This document shows positions 12,623 through 25,563 of a stretch of 64,000 nucleotides of DNA, piece after piece. The stretch lies in contig PS015114.1 of NCBI GenBank assembly GCA_048213135.1, forward strand, positions 1 through 64,000, written 5' to 3'. Numbering within the stretch: position 1 is the stretch's first letter; each line of letters opens with the position of its first letter. Position numbers and translations under genes: made by a program. The notes beneath the pieces were generated by a model that was given only the letters and a program-made list of their open reading frames with translations, did no database searches and was not told the DNA's origin. Source of the stretch: Reclinomonas americana ATCC 50394 (taxonomy: Eukaryota).

Positions 12623-15095
12623 TCATTGTGGTGCAGCGCTGCCGTCGCCAGCTTGCTCACGAGGTACTTCTGCTGCCTGGACGGGTGCTTCTGGAGGCAC
12701 TTCTGCTGTCTGGACAGAGGCTTCTGGAGGCACTTCTGCATCTGCCACTTCGGGCTCCTCGGCCGGTGGATCCACATCGATGTTGTGGCGCAGCTCGCTC
12801 CACACAGTGGCCGTGAAGTGGTCACGCAGTGAGCGGAAGAAGCTGTGGTGAGCGGTGTAAGGATGGGCGCACGTGTGCAAGCTGCCTGCTCAGCCACACT
12901 CACGTGTGATAGTGCTCCAGCGAGTGGTGCTCGAGGGCCAATTGCGAAAACTGTTGCAAGGCGTGAGCACGGCAGAACGCTAGACTCCTGAGGCAGCGGC
13001 TTCCACGAACCGAAAACTCGGAGAAGAACTCGGGCGGGCGGAAGCGCACCACGAAACCGTTCGGCTCCGGATTGATGTGCAACACCTTCTCGCCTGGCAC
13101 CACCAGGTCCTGATTCGGATCGGCCACCGTGGCGGCGAGGCGGCCGGTGAGGAAGGCGCGAGCAATGGCGCCACCGTACTTGACGAGAGAGGGCACGGTG
13201 AGACGCGGTACCATGTCGCTGCCGTACACAATCGATGTCACGTTGCGGTGGCACGGCATGGAGCGCGACACCGAGGCCGCCGTGGCGAATGTGTAGCCGT
13301 GGCAGTTGATGTGATCGCCAAAATCTGAGCAAGGGAGTAGTGAGCGCATATGCAGGCAAGGAGCGATGGAGGAAGAGACCCACGCACCGCGAATGGCCAG
13401 CATGACGAGGACAGCGGTGAGACCACCGCCAAGCGAGTGACCCGTGAAGAGCACCTCGCGGAATCCGTCGGCGATGAAGCTCTACCCAGCGACGAGAAGT
13501 GAGCAGCGTGCAGCAGGAACAGCAGCACAGTGGTCTCACGGCTGACCTCGATGGCGAGTCGGATGTGCTTGTAAATGCGCAAGGCCCACATGCCGATTCC
13601 CTGATGCAGGAACACTGGCGGTCCGTCGGCATCACCAATCTGCAGGCGGAGGAGGAGAAGAGGAAGAAGGGAAGAGTCAAACGACGTGCATTGTTAACGA
13701 AAGGAAAGACGGGAGACACACGTCGGGGAACACAGTTGGAGTGGCGAGAATGTCTTGCAAAAAGTCGTGAGGTTTGGACGAGCCTATTTTCACGCGATAA
13801 TCAGCACTCCACGTTTCCGCTGTGCGCAAGGAGAAAGCACGCTTTACCTTTGCACGTAATCACCAGCGCCAGTTCGCCAGTGAGCAGATCGGTCACACGG
13901 CAGGCGAAATACGCCGGCTCACTGCGAATCAGCTGCCGTGTGAACTTGGAGTGTTGCGGCTCGAACTCGTACACGAAGCGACTAAAGTTGCCATGCTGCG
14001 TGAAACGGTGAGGGGCAGACGACGGCAGGGGCACTAGAAGTATTTGTCACCTCGCAGACTTCCATGACCTCGCACACGCCATCCAGAGTGTCGGCATAGG
14101 CCGCCGTCGACAAGAGCATGCAGTTAAAGACGTGCGGGTTTTCGGTCATGAACTGCATTGTGAAGTGAGCTCCTTGCATGAGTAATCGCCAGCACGAGCA
14201 CACTGTATCGCACCGCATACGCGTCGGGATCCGAGTGCTCCACATCGATGGGTTCCGATCGATGATTGGCGACAATGTGTTTCACTGCGCGTGCAGGCCC
14301 CCGGTGAGCCACACATTAGAGAGTTAGCCAGCCACTCGCGACTCACCACTCTGCACGACCATCGATCCCACAAAGTCGGAGCCCCAGCGGAAGCCCGGCA
14401 AGAAGCACGGCATCTTGAGCGATTGCGCCAATCGCGTCTGGCATCGCTGCGTAAACTCCTCCACTCGCTTCCCCGTTCGATCCGCCAGGTTCTCCCTATA
14501 ACAAAAAAAGAAGCACCACACTCAGTCGCCTCGATCTCCCCATTGCTGCCTCGCACACGAACAACGCAACAATCGTCGCCCGATCTTCACCACGCGCCGA
14601 TTGCTGACACAAAACAATGAGAAACAGTCATGGCATCAGTGCATGAAACGGCACATGCGCAACAGTCGAGAGAACATGCTGTCAACACACACACACACAT
14701 CACCACGAGTAAGCACACTGCCAAGGAGCACAATGAGCGCAAACAAACCGCTTGAAAAAGTTGATCTTCTTGCCCTCGACAATCTGTGGAGTCACTGGTG
14801 ACACTGGCGAGCCTGCCTCCTCCACTTCCTGCTCCGCCTTGTCTGTCACAGAAGATGACGCTCCTGCTGCTGCTGCTGCTGCTGCTGTGGTAAACGGCGA
14901 ATGGAGAGTGGCTTCATCGGCCACGATCTCAGCAAGAGCCTCGTCAAGATCTTCCTCCTCCCCTTCTTCCTCTTCTTCTTCTTCTGCCTCTGCTTCTTCT
15001 GCCACCACTGGTGCGTCTGTGGAGACAGCTGCTACTGGTGGTGGTGGTGGCAGTGGCACTGCGGCCTTCTCGTCTGTGCTCTGCGAGGAACCCAT
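12623..15095 (-). CDS. Class 3 lipase with N-myristoylation-type N-terminus
   Basis: Starts MGSSQS. Contains PAYF..LVITCKGS, FLHQG, the FTGHSLGGG nucleophile elbow, DMVPRL and a catalytic His region HHSLEHY. Confidence 0.8.
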
Positions 15096-15145
15096 TTGTT
15101 ATAACGTTAACAGTGAGTGAGTCACACAATCAGTTTGTCACGCAG

Positions 15146-15377
15146 ATGGAGAGCGAGGGAGCAGCTGTTGAGTGATGCGCTGCAACACAGAAGTGACAAA
15201 GGTGGGCCACTCATATGTGTTTGTCTGTGTGCTGCAGCAGGCAATTGCGTGCAAGTCGTCGGCACCTGGCTCAGCAACCTATGTCATCGACATTTGCTTT
15301 GGAACAGTGGCGTGGGGACGACCAGAGAATGTCGAGTTGGATCCAACAGTGAGCAGCAACACACACTGACACACACC

Positions 15378-15461
<84 letters not shown>

Positions 15462-16106
15462 GCTCCTTCTCACAGAAAACGCATCGCTGGTGTGCGTATG
15501 TGCGATCACCACACGCCGATGTCGACTTGAGTGTGGTGCTGGAGAGTGTGGTGTTTGATCTGCACGAGACGTTTGCGGAGCCTCGGCGTGTCATCAAGCG
15601 ACCACCGTATGAGGTGTTTGAGGAGGGCTGGGGCGAGTTTGAGATCCTCATCACTATCAACTTTCGTGGTGGCTTCTCGGTGCAGTTGCCGCACTGGTTG
15701 CGCTTGCATGATCACACGGGCATTGTCAAGAGCGAGGTTTGTCTCTCTTTCACTCTCTCCTTTGTCGCTTGCTTGCTCATTACTGGCGGCAAACGGAGCA
15801 CAGCCTGTTGTCTCGGAACAGTTTGAGGAACTGGTGCTGGTGAGACCACCGGCTGAGTTGGCGCGTCTGCTGAGCACTCCTCGCGTGCCTGCGCCGGCCT
15901 CGGCGCAGCTGGAGTGTCAGGAGGTACTCGACGAGCTGGCGCCGTCGACAGATCCGCGCGAGGAAGTGGCACAGATGAACCAGGCGCACGCGCAGCTGCT
16001 GGCGATGAAGGACGCGTACATTCGCCAAATTCAGGATCTGGACTACCGCATGACCACCATTCGGCGTGGGGCTGCAGCAGCACGGCGAACGGCCACGATT
16101 GAATGA
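15146..16106 (+). CDS. YEATS-domain protein (Yaf9/GAS41-like)
   Basis: THRWCAYVRS, VVFDLHETFAEPRRVIKRPPYEVFEEGWGEFEI, HWLRLH, and a C-terminal coiled coil. Confidence 0.85.
15381..15460. repeat. (AC)n microsatellite in YEATS intron
   Basis: Pure AC run of about 80 nt. Confidence 0.95.
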
Positions 16107-16368
16107 AAGAAAACCTGTCGTGAGTGTGGAAGGATTGGACAAGTGTCGCCAACGCCGCAGCGAATGGACAGAAACCCCTCGGAATTGCATGGTGAGCCGC
16201 GGCTTCACAAACAGCAGACCTCTAACGTGGACGATTAACACACACTGACACAACACTGACAATATTATCTGGCACCGCTGCCGGATGCCGCCGATGCATC
16301 GACGGCGCGTGCGCCACCACGCTTGTGCACCGACAGAGGCACGCCCTCTGCGAGTGCCACACAAAGAG

Positions 16369-18425
16369 TCAGAAAAGGTATGGACACTTGCCCCACATAA
16401 GCAAGACTGCCTCACCTGCGGCATAGTGCATGCCGTGCATGCCAGGCGCACCCGTCAGCGAGAGTCCTGGTGGGAACACGATGTCGAACCTGCAACACAG
16501 AGCGACTTTGAACACGGGTGGTGCAGTGCGGAGAGACGTACTCGGTCTCACCGTCGGATCAATTCAGCAATGTACAGCTTGCCGAGTCTGACCGCAAAGT
16601 CAACGCCCGGGCACATGCCTGCTCAACAACACAGGCACACACACACGCGAGAGAGAGAGAGATTAGCACAGCTTCTTGCGATTGGAGTGGGAACGCGAGA
16701 CCACATGGCACCTGGCAGGAAAAAGAACGACTCGAGTCGCTTGCGCGCCTCGGCAGAGTCCTCCATGAAGCGCTCTGGTGAAAACTCCAGCGTCTGGTCG
16801 CCCCACACATCCTTGTCCGTGTGCAACGCATACACCGAGATCATCACATCCACGTCGGCGGGCACCGGATACCCCCCAATGGTGGTGGCCTCCAGCGTTC
16901 GTCGCGACAGGTTCACCACCGGCGGTGCGAGTCGCATGGTCTCCATCAGGAACGCCTCGGTGTATCGCATCGATTCCAGCACCGCCGGCGTCACTGTCAC
17001 TGCGCGATTCTTGAACACGCGGTCGGCCTCCTCGCGGAGCTGCATGCGCACTGGTTGTGAGTGACGGCACAGTAGAGACGGGCACATGCAATCCACCAAA
17101 CCTTGGTGGCCACCTGCGGATTCGTGGCGGCATAGTACACGGCCCACACAAGCAGGCTGGCCGTGGAGTAGATGCCACTCACGAGCACGGAGAGGACGTG
17201 CGACCGCAGCTGCTTCAGCTGCTCCACCGATGGCGAGTTGCCGAACGAGGCCAACATGGAGTCGAGCAAGTCAGTCGGCGCATCACTGTCGCCACCCGAC
17301 AGGCGCTCCGTCACGCGGCACTGGATCATGTCGTCAATGTACTGCGTGACAAAGTGCACATTCTGCTCCCACTCCTTGCGTCGCTTGGAGTTGGGCCAGG
17401 AGAAGTAGCCGTTGCTGTCGTGGAAGCGCGTATCGATCTCCATCATGATCTCATCGAGGCACTCGAGTACTTTCGGGTGACGGTCGAATGCGCCCGTCTC
17501 CTCGCCAAAGCACAGCCGCATAATGGCCTCGAATGCAAACGTCATGTGCACGCGTTGGCCCTCCGACACAGTACCCTCGGGCTTGTCCCCGAGCACATCA
17601 CACGCGTCGCACACCGTGTCGCGCATGCGGGCAAGCACCGCCCCGCCCGACAGCGTCTTCTCCACCAACTGCGACGCCGCCGGGCAGCTGGCCAGCGGCT
17701 CCGCATGCCGCCCCAGCAGATCAGTCAGCAGCATGTTGAAGCTCGACATGCCATACTTGCGCGACTCCTCATCGTCAAACAGAACGCGTCGCGCAGCGTC
17801 CGTGTCACCGACCACCACCACCGGCTTGAAGACGAGTCGCACCGTGATGATCCGACCCAGAATCACATGCTGTCGCGCCAAGTACTGATGCCAGCCTGCT
17901 CCCGATGATCGCCAAGTGAGTGTGGCGCACGTAAGGGAAGAAACAAAGAGTACGTACCAAAGAAGAAGTCCACAGTCGACCCATACAACAGATTGCCTTC
18001 CACACGCGGAATGCGTCGCAAATGCCACCATCGTCGCCAGTACGGAAAGCCCTGCGCAGCACACAACTTGAGTCGCACAGTACAGGAAGACGGGAGAGCA
18101 GGCACAGACCTTCCACAGCATGAGCGAGGGCGCAACAGTCACCAACAGCACAAGCGCAATCACACAACACCACTGTGCGAGACCAGTGTGAGCTTCAAAA
18201 CACACACACACACACACAGAGAGAGAAGAAGAAGGGAGAGAGAGAGAGAGAGAGAGAAGACAGAGAGGGAGAGAGGGAGAGAGAGAGACGGGAGAGTGAG
18301 AGAGTGCGGAACAACAACAATTCAAGGCTTGTCTCTCTCACACACACAGTGCACACAGTGGCACTTGCAGACGCAACAAAGACAATGAGACCAGTGGTCT
18401 CCAGTGAGAACAACGACGGATCCAT
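16369..18425 (-). CDS. Cytochrome P450 with atypical heme motif
   Basis: N-terminal TM helix, I-helix SGIYSTA, ETMR (ExxR), PERF and spliced FFFLPG|MCPG. The 3' end may extend to about 16265 via one more intron. Confidence 0.8.
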
Positions 18426-18502
18426 CTCTCACTCCCCTCCACAACAAACAAACGAACAAAGACACAGTGTCCTGCAGACCTGCTCACTCTCTCCTCACAC
18501 TC

Positions 18503-19363
18503 ATGCGTCGCGCACTCCTCCTCCTCCTCTCACTTCTGTTGCTCGCCACAACAGCCACCGTGATTGTCACCGCCGCACCTCCGCGGCCAAAGCTTCCGAC
18601 CAACGCCTTTGTCACTGGCAGTGTGCAATGCTCCGGCAAGAGCGCCTTTTGTGCGGGTGTCACACAGGGCTCCATGATGGCCTGGTTCTCGTTTGATGCC
18701 AATGGGGAGTCGGTGTTGTATCGCGAGGATGCCACACTGTTGGGCCCACTGGTCTACAATCGCGAGTATGTCACAAAGACTGATCAGGTCGGCGAGTCAA
18801 AAAAAGACTGACTGCGCGGTTGCTGACTCTGCATTACGCGTGCAGTTTGAGTACTTTTTGTATGGATCGGCTGCTGGCTCGCTCATGTGTGTGCACACGG
18901 ATGCCACCAGCAGTTGCGCGACGAGGACGCGCGCGCGAGAGAGAAAAACTCGAACATACGATAACTTCTGCTGTGCGCAGACGTGTTTCCGCAAGACCTG
19001 CTGGCCAACACCACGTTTGTGGGCATGGAGCTTGTGCGTGGAGTGGAGGCGTATGCCTTCCGTGGCATCTTCAACGTGTTCAATCAGCAGAACACGTTCT
19101 ACTCGTGGGTCACCGCGAGGTAACCATAGCTTTTCTTTCGTGCACGTCGGTCGTCGGTTAACTGTTGACTGGTGCTGCTCAGTGAGCCGTTTACGATCAT
19201 GGGCTGGAACAGCACGAATGTGCGCTACGACTGGTACACGGTGACGGACTTGGGCGCGACGCTGCCGCCGGATGTGGCCACGCGACCCGCCGGTGTGCAG
19301 TGCGTGAAGCCGCCGCAGGGACTGCTCGACGCGGAGGTGCCACGCCTGCGTGGTAGCATGTAA
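18503..19363 (+). CDS. Secreted ependymin-related (EPDR-like) protein
   Basis: Signal peptide MRRALLLLLSLLLLA, then PPRPKLP, C-VHT, TFVGMELVRGVEAYAF and a C-terminal P..C pattern. Four exons. Confidence 0.5.
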
Positions 19364-19488
19364 TTTGTTCTCTTTTCCTTGGGGGTGCTGCTGTTATTAT
19401 ACCCTTCCCCCCCTCGTGCTTGTCATGTTTGTCACCATCGTCCTGCTTCTGTGTTCCTCCGAATCCGTCTCGACCTCTTGCGTGCGCC

Positions 19489-22400
19489 ATGGCATCCTCC
19501 TCATCGTCTTCCTCTGCTGCGCCGGTGGTCTCTGACTCGAGTGGCATTCGTTTCTCACTGCCTGGAGTCACGGAGAGCGAGGCGCGCGAGTTGTCCACGG
19601 TCGTCACTCCATTCCCGTGGGAGGTGAGCGAGATTCGCATCTCTTTTCTTGCTTTTTGCTCTCTCTTTCTCTCGTGCTGCTGCTGCTGCTGCTTGAGGTA
19701 TCACAGTGAGTCACGTGTGCTGCTATGCCCAGATTCCATTCTACGTGCTGGCGTCGCTGGTGTTTGACAACAAGGTGAGGTGTATGATGGCAGGAAGTTC
19801 GAGGAATCTTTTTCCACCTCCTTCGCTTACGTGTGTATCGCCTTTGCGCCAGGTGCTTGAGGCTCCACTCAGCAGCCTTCTGCGTCCGCGACATCCCACC
19901 GAGGGCCCACCACGATTCTCGATTTTCTCGGATGGTGAGTGGCGGCGTCGGCGGCGGCGGCAACCAGTAGCAATCTGTTCGATCACGATGGTATTGATTC
20001 TTACACACTCTTACTGTCGGCAGTCGCACAACGACAGCACGCACTGCAGGTGATTGCACACGTGTTGCGCGAGCATTTTCCACCGGAGGTCTCGGCCGGT
20101 GTGAACGAGTCCGTGTTGGAGCACTTTGTGAGCCCCGTATTGCACTTTGTGCGTCCGCATGATGCAGCCGAGCGGCACGAGGAGCGAGTGCATGGCATAC
20201 GGTGAGCCGTACGTAGTCTTTGCAGATCCTCCATGACTGGCCCTGCTGAATGCGCATATGTAGGCACATGGACGCGCTGATCGAGGACGCCGGCGTCAAT
20301 CGCAAGCCGCTGCGACGACCCGACTTCTTTGCGCCCCTGTGGCATCGCGTCTTCGCACCCGAGTATCGATTCACGGTGGCCATCCTCGCCGCCGCTCTCC
20401 GCGAAGCACATGCGCGACTCACTGGCGCCGTGTCGCCAGACGAAGAGGGTGGCATGATGGTGGACGAGGGCGTTGGGGACACATCGGTGCACCAAGCGAC
20501 ATTGCCACTGTCGGCGATCCACAACGTGGTGGAGCGTGAGCGTTCTGCGGTGTGGACCGAGTGGCACAAGACCAATCAGCTGTTCATCGACTTCATGGCG
20601 GCCAGTCTCGTCACGCCCGACAGCATCTTTCAGGTGGGTGGTTGGGTCGGTGTGGAACGCTTGATAGCTGCTGAACATTTGTAATCTCTCTTCCCACAGT
20701 TTCTGTGGCAATTCCAAGACTGGTTTGTGTGGAGACACACACTGTCGCCTCTCTTTTTCGAAAGTGGTCTCACGCGCGCCCCCTCCGACACAGTGTGCGA
20801 CGCAATGCTCCGTTCTGCTTCAATTTCATCACGCAGCTGTACGCACACCACGTTCCGCCGGCCGACGACACTGTGCCACTGATTCCACAGAACCGTAAGC
20901 GCCCGCTGGCACACATGGAGGTCTGTTGTGTGCCTGTTCTTCTTCTTTTCCTTTTTCTTCTTCTTCCTCTCACCCAACCCTGTGAAAGGCTTTCGAGGGC
21001 AAGGGTATTCTGCCTGTGCCGCTGCTGTGCACCCTGTCTGGTCTCTTCCGTGCCAAGAGTGCGCAGCAGTTTTCTGGCATTGCTCTTGTGCTCAGCGTGT
21101 ACCTCCGCGACCACCCACCGTCGGCCCACGAGCTCGACGTTATGCGCACGTTGTCGTCGGCCTTTTTCAGCGATGAGCGTGTCACACAGCTTCTCGAGCT
21201 GCGTGCGCCGAATCACCTGCAGCGTGTGCAAGCCGACCTGCGCACCGAGATTGCCGCTGGCTCGTTTGAGGGCGCCGTGAAGGTGGCCGACGGCTCACTG
21301 GTGCGTCTGGTTCGCGGTGTTTTGTTGGCGTTCATCTCTAACTTCTACCCCTTCCCCACCGGCAGGAGACACTGGTTGTGGCAGTGGTGGCCGACACACT
21401 CCACCACCCGACCCTGACCTTTGAGGACAGATTCGATCACACCATGCTTGGTCTGGTGAAAGTGTGGCTGCCGACGGACGAGTTGGACTCGTGCTCGGCC
21501 GAGCCCGCGTACTGGGAGTGGCGGAGTGGAGTTGCCCCGCCGCCAGGCGTGCATGATTTCCTGTTGCATGCGGACGCCTTGCAGGCCATGGATACGTGCG
21601 TCTATACTGCCTCCTCCCCCTTTCTCTTCTGCTCTGCTCACCGTCTGTGTCGGTGCACAGCGAGGCGCTGCATGTTGCCGGCGAGACGTTTGCGGCCGCT
21701 GCACTCAAGTACTGCAACGTGGTGCTGCCGTTGCCGCGTGGGGAGTTGGAGGACCCCACCGACGATGTGCTGATGAGCCCGAAAGGACCGCCGCATTCGC
21801 AGTTTGTGGTTCTTCCGCTTCTGCGCGAGGGCGCCTCCACCATCGAGTCCGACATTGTGGTGGCCGAACACATTCTGTATTCGCTGGAACCGGTGGTGGA
21901 TCACATGCTCGAGCGCATCGACGCCGGCTTGCCGTACAACAAGATTGTGTTGGGTGCGAAGATTGTCTTTTCCAAGCTTGTGTTCGTGCACTTATTCGTG
22001 ATGTTGTGTGCCAGGCGCGCGTCCGGATCTGTTCCACCGCTACGTGAACATGCTGTACGGGTTCCCAGTGTACCGCGAGCGCTTCCACGCAGTCAAAGAG
22101 GCCGAGGAGCATCACCGTATGGGGGTGCCGCCCGCTGACGCGCACGATGTCGGCGCCAGCAGCGAACCCGTCACTCGTCCATTGCTAGCACGCCACCATG
22201 AACTCAGCGACAACGAGTACTCGTGCGTGGTGCGTGTCCGTGAGCGCGTGCACGCCATGTTCACGGATGGCAAGATTGATCCTCTCGGCTCCAGCGACGT
22301 GGTGCGCAGTGCAGTGCAGTGCACCGTCTCATACACGTGCATTCCTGCTCACTTCGCACACAGTCGGCAGAGTTCTCGTCCATGTTCACACCGGTCACCG

Positions 22401-23829
22401 GTCACGTGCATCTCTGGTTCAACGCCATCGGGGCCATTTTCCGCCTCTTTGAGCCGTTCAAACTGCGTGCCTTTGGAAACCTGGCAGGATGTGCGTGGTC
22501 CTTCTTGTGTTCTCTATTGTGTGCATATTGACCAAGGAGTGATGTGCAGACCATGTGACTTCACCTGTCAGCAAGATGGCCTCGTCGTTTGAAGACGCGC
22601 ACTTCCTCACCGATCTGTACGAAGTCGGTGTCGACATTATCTTCCGCGCCCACTGGAAGTTGTGTGGTGTTGGCGGTGGGCAGTGAATGCATTTTTCTTC
22701 CTGCCATACTCACGTTTGTGTGGGTGGACAGCACATATGCACCCATGCAGGTACCGGCGACCATGGAAGACATTCGGCTGTTTCTCGACGTGATCCACCG
22801 ACAGGCGCGGGAGAGCGACGATCGAGTGTTTGCCGCGTGGACTCTCCTCATCTCCTTTGTGTTGCCGAAGTTCCTGCATTTGCGCCAAGTGCTCTTTACC
22901 GACGGTAGCCCGGATCTTGATCGGACGCTGCGAGTGGTGAGTTTGTGTGTGGCATGCATGTGACCGACAGGAGGGCTTGACAATAATTACTGCTTTCTGC
23001 ACACAGTGGATGGCCCTCTTTGTGGCCACACAACAATACGAGCACGCCGTCATGTGCCTCGACGATGTGCTGCTCAACTTGGCCGTGTCGCCACGCGAAC
23101 GCTACGTGCGCACTGCCTGCTCGGCCGCCCACCTCCGCAGCAGTCACGGTGATCATATTGTGTCTAGGTTATTTTGTGCCCGAGTGGCATGCTCACCTAT
23201 CCGTCGCCTGCATAGCTCGCAGTCTGCAGGATGTGGCCAAAGGCCTGCATCAAGCCGCCCGTCACCACTCGGTGCGTTGCGACACGAACGACCTTATGTG
23301 TGTTTGTTGATGTGGAGCTCACGACAAGCGATCCGTGCAGGGCACTGCCAAGAGTGCAACCGACGACACACTAGAGCGCGACATTAGCAACTACGACCTG
23401 TTCTCGGCCGTCACCACCGCCTTTGACCATCTGACCGAACGCGATCACCAGCGGGCGTCGCACGATCAGGAGGGCGGGAGCGACCCGCACGACGAGAGTG
23501 GTGGTGAGGACGGCGACAACCCGCCGCACCAGAAGCGTCGCCGTGTCACTCTCGGCGGCACCGGTGGCGTGCCGGCGTCGCTGGCCCACGACCTGCGCAA
23601 GGCCAATCTGCGTCGCCTCCTCGAACGTGCGGGCGCTTTCGTCCGCTGCGACGATGACATACGACGCGCCCAGCAGTGGACCGCCAGTCAAGACGAGCCA
23701 CTCGACACTCTGCCGGTGGTCGACGATCGTATCTTCTTCACGCTCTACGGTCACGTCTTCGAGGACTGGGTGCGTCGACACTTGCAGGATCGGCTTGATC
23801 TCATTCTCGCTCCTCGGCCGAGCGAGTAG
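19489..23829 (+). CDS. Large uncharacterised, probably helical protein (about 1000 aa, many exons)
   Basis: Chain of GT-AG-joined exons from MASSSSSS to LILAPRPSE-stop. A basic stretch QKRRR lies near the C-terminus. No family recognised. Confidence 0.55.
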
Positions 23830-23919
23830 GCGAGGGAAGGCAATGGGAAGACCGAAGGTGAAATGAAAGTTCACATCGGTGGTTTCGAATTCTCCGAGTT
23901 GTGTAGTCGCTGAGAGAGA

Positions 23920-25466
23920 ATGGCACACCCTCCGCCCCGCGCAGTCGACATCACCATAGCATGCGACGATGAGCAGGCCATGAGGTACATAGGGCGATCG
24001 CATGCACTCACACAGTTGCACTTGCACTCATTGTGCTCACAGACAACTGTGTGTCGACTTGGTGCCTGCATACCGCGCACTGGAGCCCTCTGCGCTGCGT
24101 GTCTCTGTGTTGCACGGCGGCCTCAGCAATGCCAGTGCGTCAACACACTCACACACAGTCTCTCTCACTTGCACTCACACGCATGCACACGTGTTCAGTG
24201 TACAAGATCGATGGCGACGACACTCCCTGCATTCTGCGTGTCTTTGGCAAGGACACGGAGCTCATCATTGACCGCGATGCAGAGATGAAGGTCTGTGCTC
24301 GAAAAGAGAGAGCGATGATGACAGGGTCGATCTCACTGTGCTTGCGCGCAGAACTTCCTCGCGTTGAGCGCTGGAGGCCTCGCGCCCACCATCTACGGCA
24401 CCTTCAACAATGGGTTTCTGTACGAGTTTGTGCCGGGTCATGTCATGACTGTGCAAGGTCACTGCTTTCGCTGCCTGCCTGCCTGTGTCTTCCCCGCTCT
24501 CTCACCTGTCGGTGCAGATCTGTGGGCGGAGCGATCCAAGGAGGGGATTGCGCGACACATTGCGCGCTTTGCGTCGTTTGTGCCAGCGGGAGAGGAGGCG
24601 CCTCGGATGAGCAGCATGCATCCGCACGCGTTCACCTACGGGAAGCACCTGGTCGCGCAAGGTGAAAGCGAGAAAAAGAAGAGAGTTTTGTCTTCTTCAA
24701 GTCTCCCTTCTGAATGCCGTTGCAGTGGCGGAGGAGCTGGCGGCGTCGGAGGAGCTGCGTTTGTCGGTGGCGGGGGTGCCGTTCAGGGATTTCGAGCAGG
24801 ACCTGGAGTGGGCCGAGCGGCGTCTGCACGAGTTGCTCGGTGACGATGTGAGGCTGGTGCTGACGCACCACGACTTGCTGTGCGGCAACATTATCGAGAA
24901 GCGTGACGGTGAGGCACATTGCTCTCGTTGACAAGCATGTCGCAGTTGTTTCATGGGGTGTGAACAGGCTCCATCTTCTTCATCGACTACGAGTACACTG
25001 GGTGGGATGTGTCGGGCACCGACCTCGCCAATCATTTCCTCGAGCACACAGGTGCGTTTTCAACAACAGCACTCGACACTCTCATCTGCTGATTGCCGGT
25101 GACACAGGCTACGAAGTGGAGGTTGCACGGTACCCCACGGAAGCGCAGCGACGGAGCAGCGCCGAGTGGTACCTGGACGAACGTCGCCGAGGTTCGCTCC
25201 TTTCGCACCCCCTTTTTTCACTTTCGTCTCACTTCGCCTTCCGACCAGCCGGCGTCACCGACGAGATGAGCATCGAGCAGCTGATGCAGTGCATCGACAT
25301 TATGGCCGTGGCGATGAATGCCGTCTGGGGCACGTGGTCCGTGATGCAGTTCCTGCACTCGGAAATCGATTTCGATTACCGTGCCTACTGCCAGCTGCGC
25401 CTCAACCTCGCTGCGCACGTGCGCTCCATTGCCGGTGCTCCCGCCGCTCCCTCCTCTCATCCTTAA
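23920..25466 (+). CDS. ETNK: Ethanolamine/choline kinase
   Basis: GGLSNAMYK, LRVFGKDTELIIDRDAE, YGTFNNGFLYEFVPG, Brenner motif HHDLLCGNII, IDYEY, SEIDFDY. Confidence 0.9.
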
Positions 25467-25563
25467 TACTTCATCCGTGTGGAGGAGTGCTCGAGTAAAG
25501 ACGCTCTGAAGTCGTCGATCGCCAACTGTCCTTTGCTGTTTTTCGCGCGTCATCTGTGTGCAA

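Noticed and set aside
15136-15148. Acceptor-like GTCACGCAG just before the YEATS ATG (trans-splicing?)
   Set aside because: Not seen consistently before other start codons.
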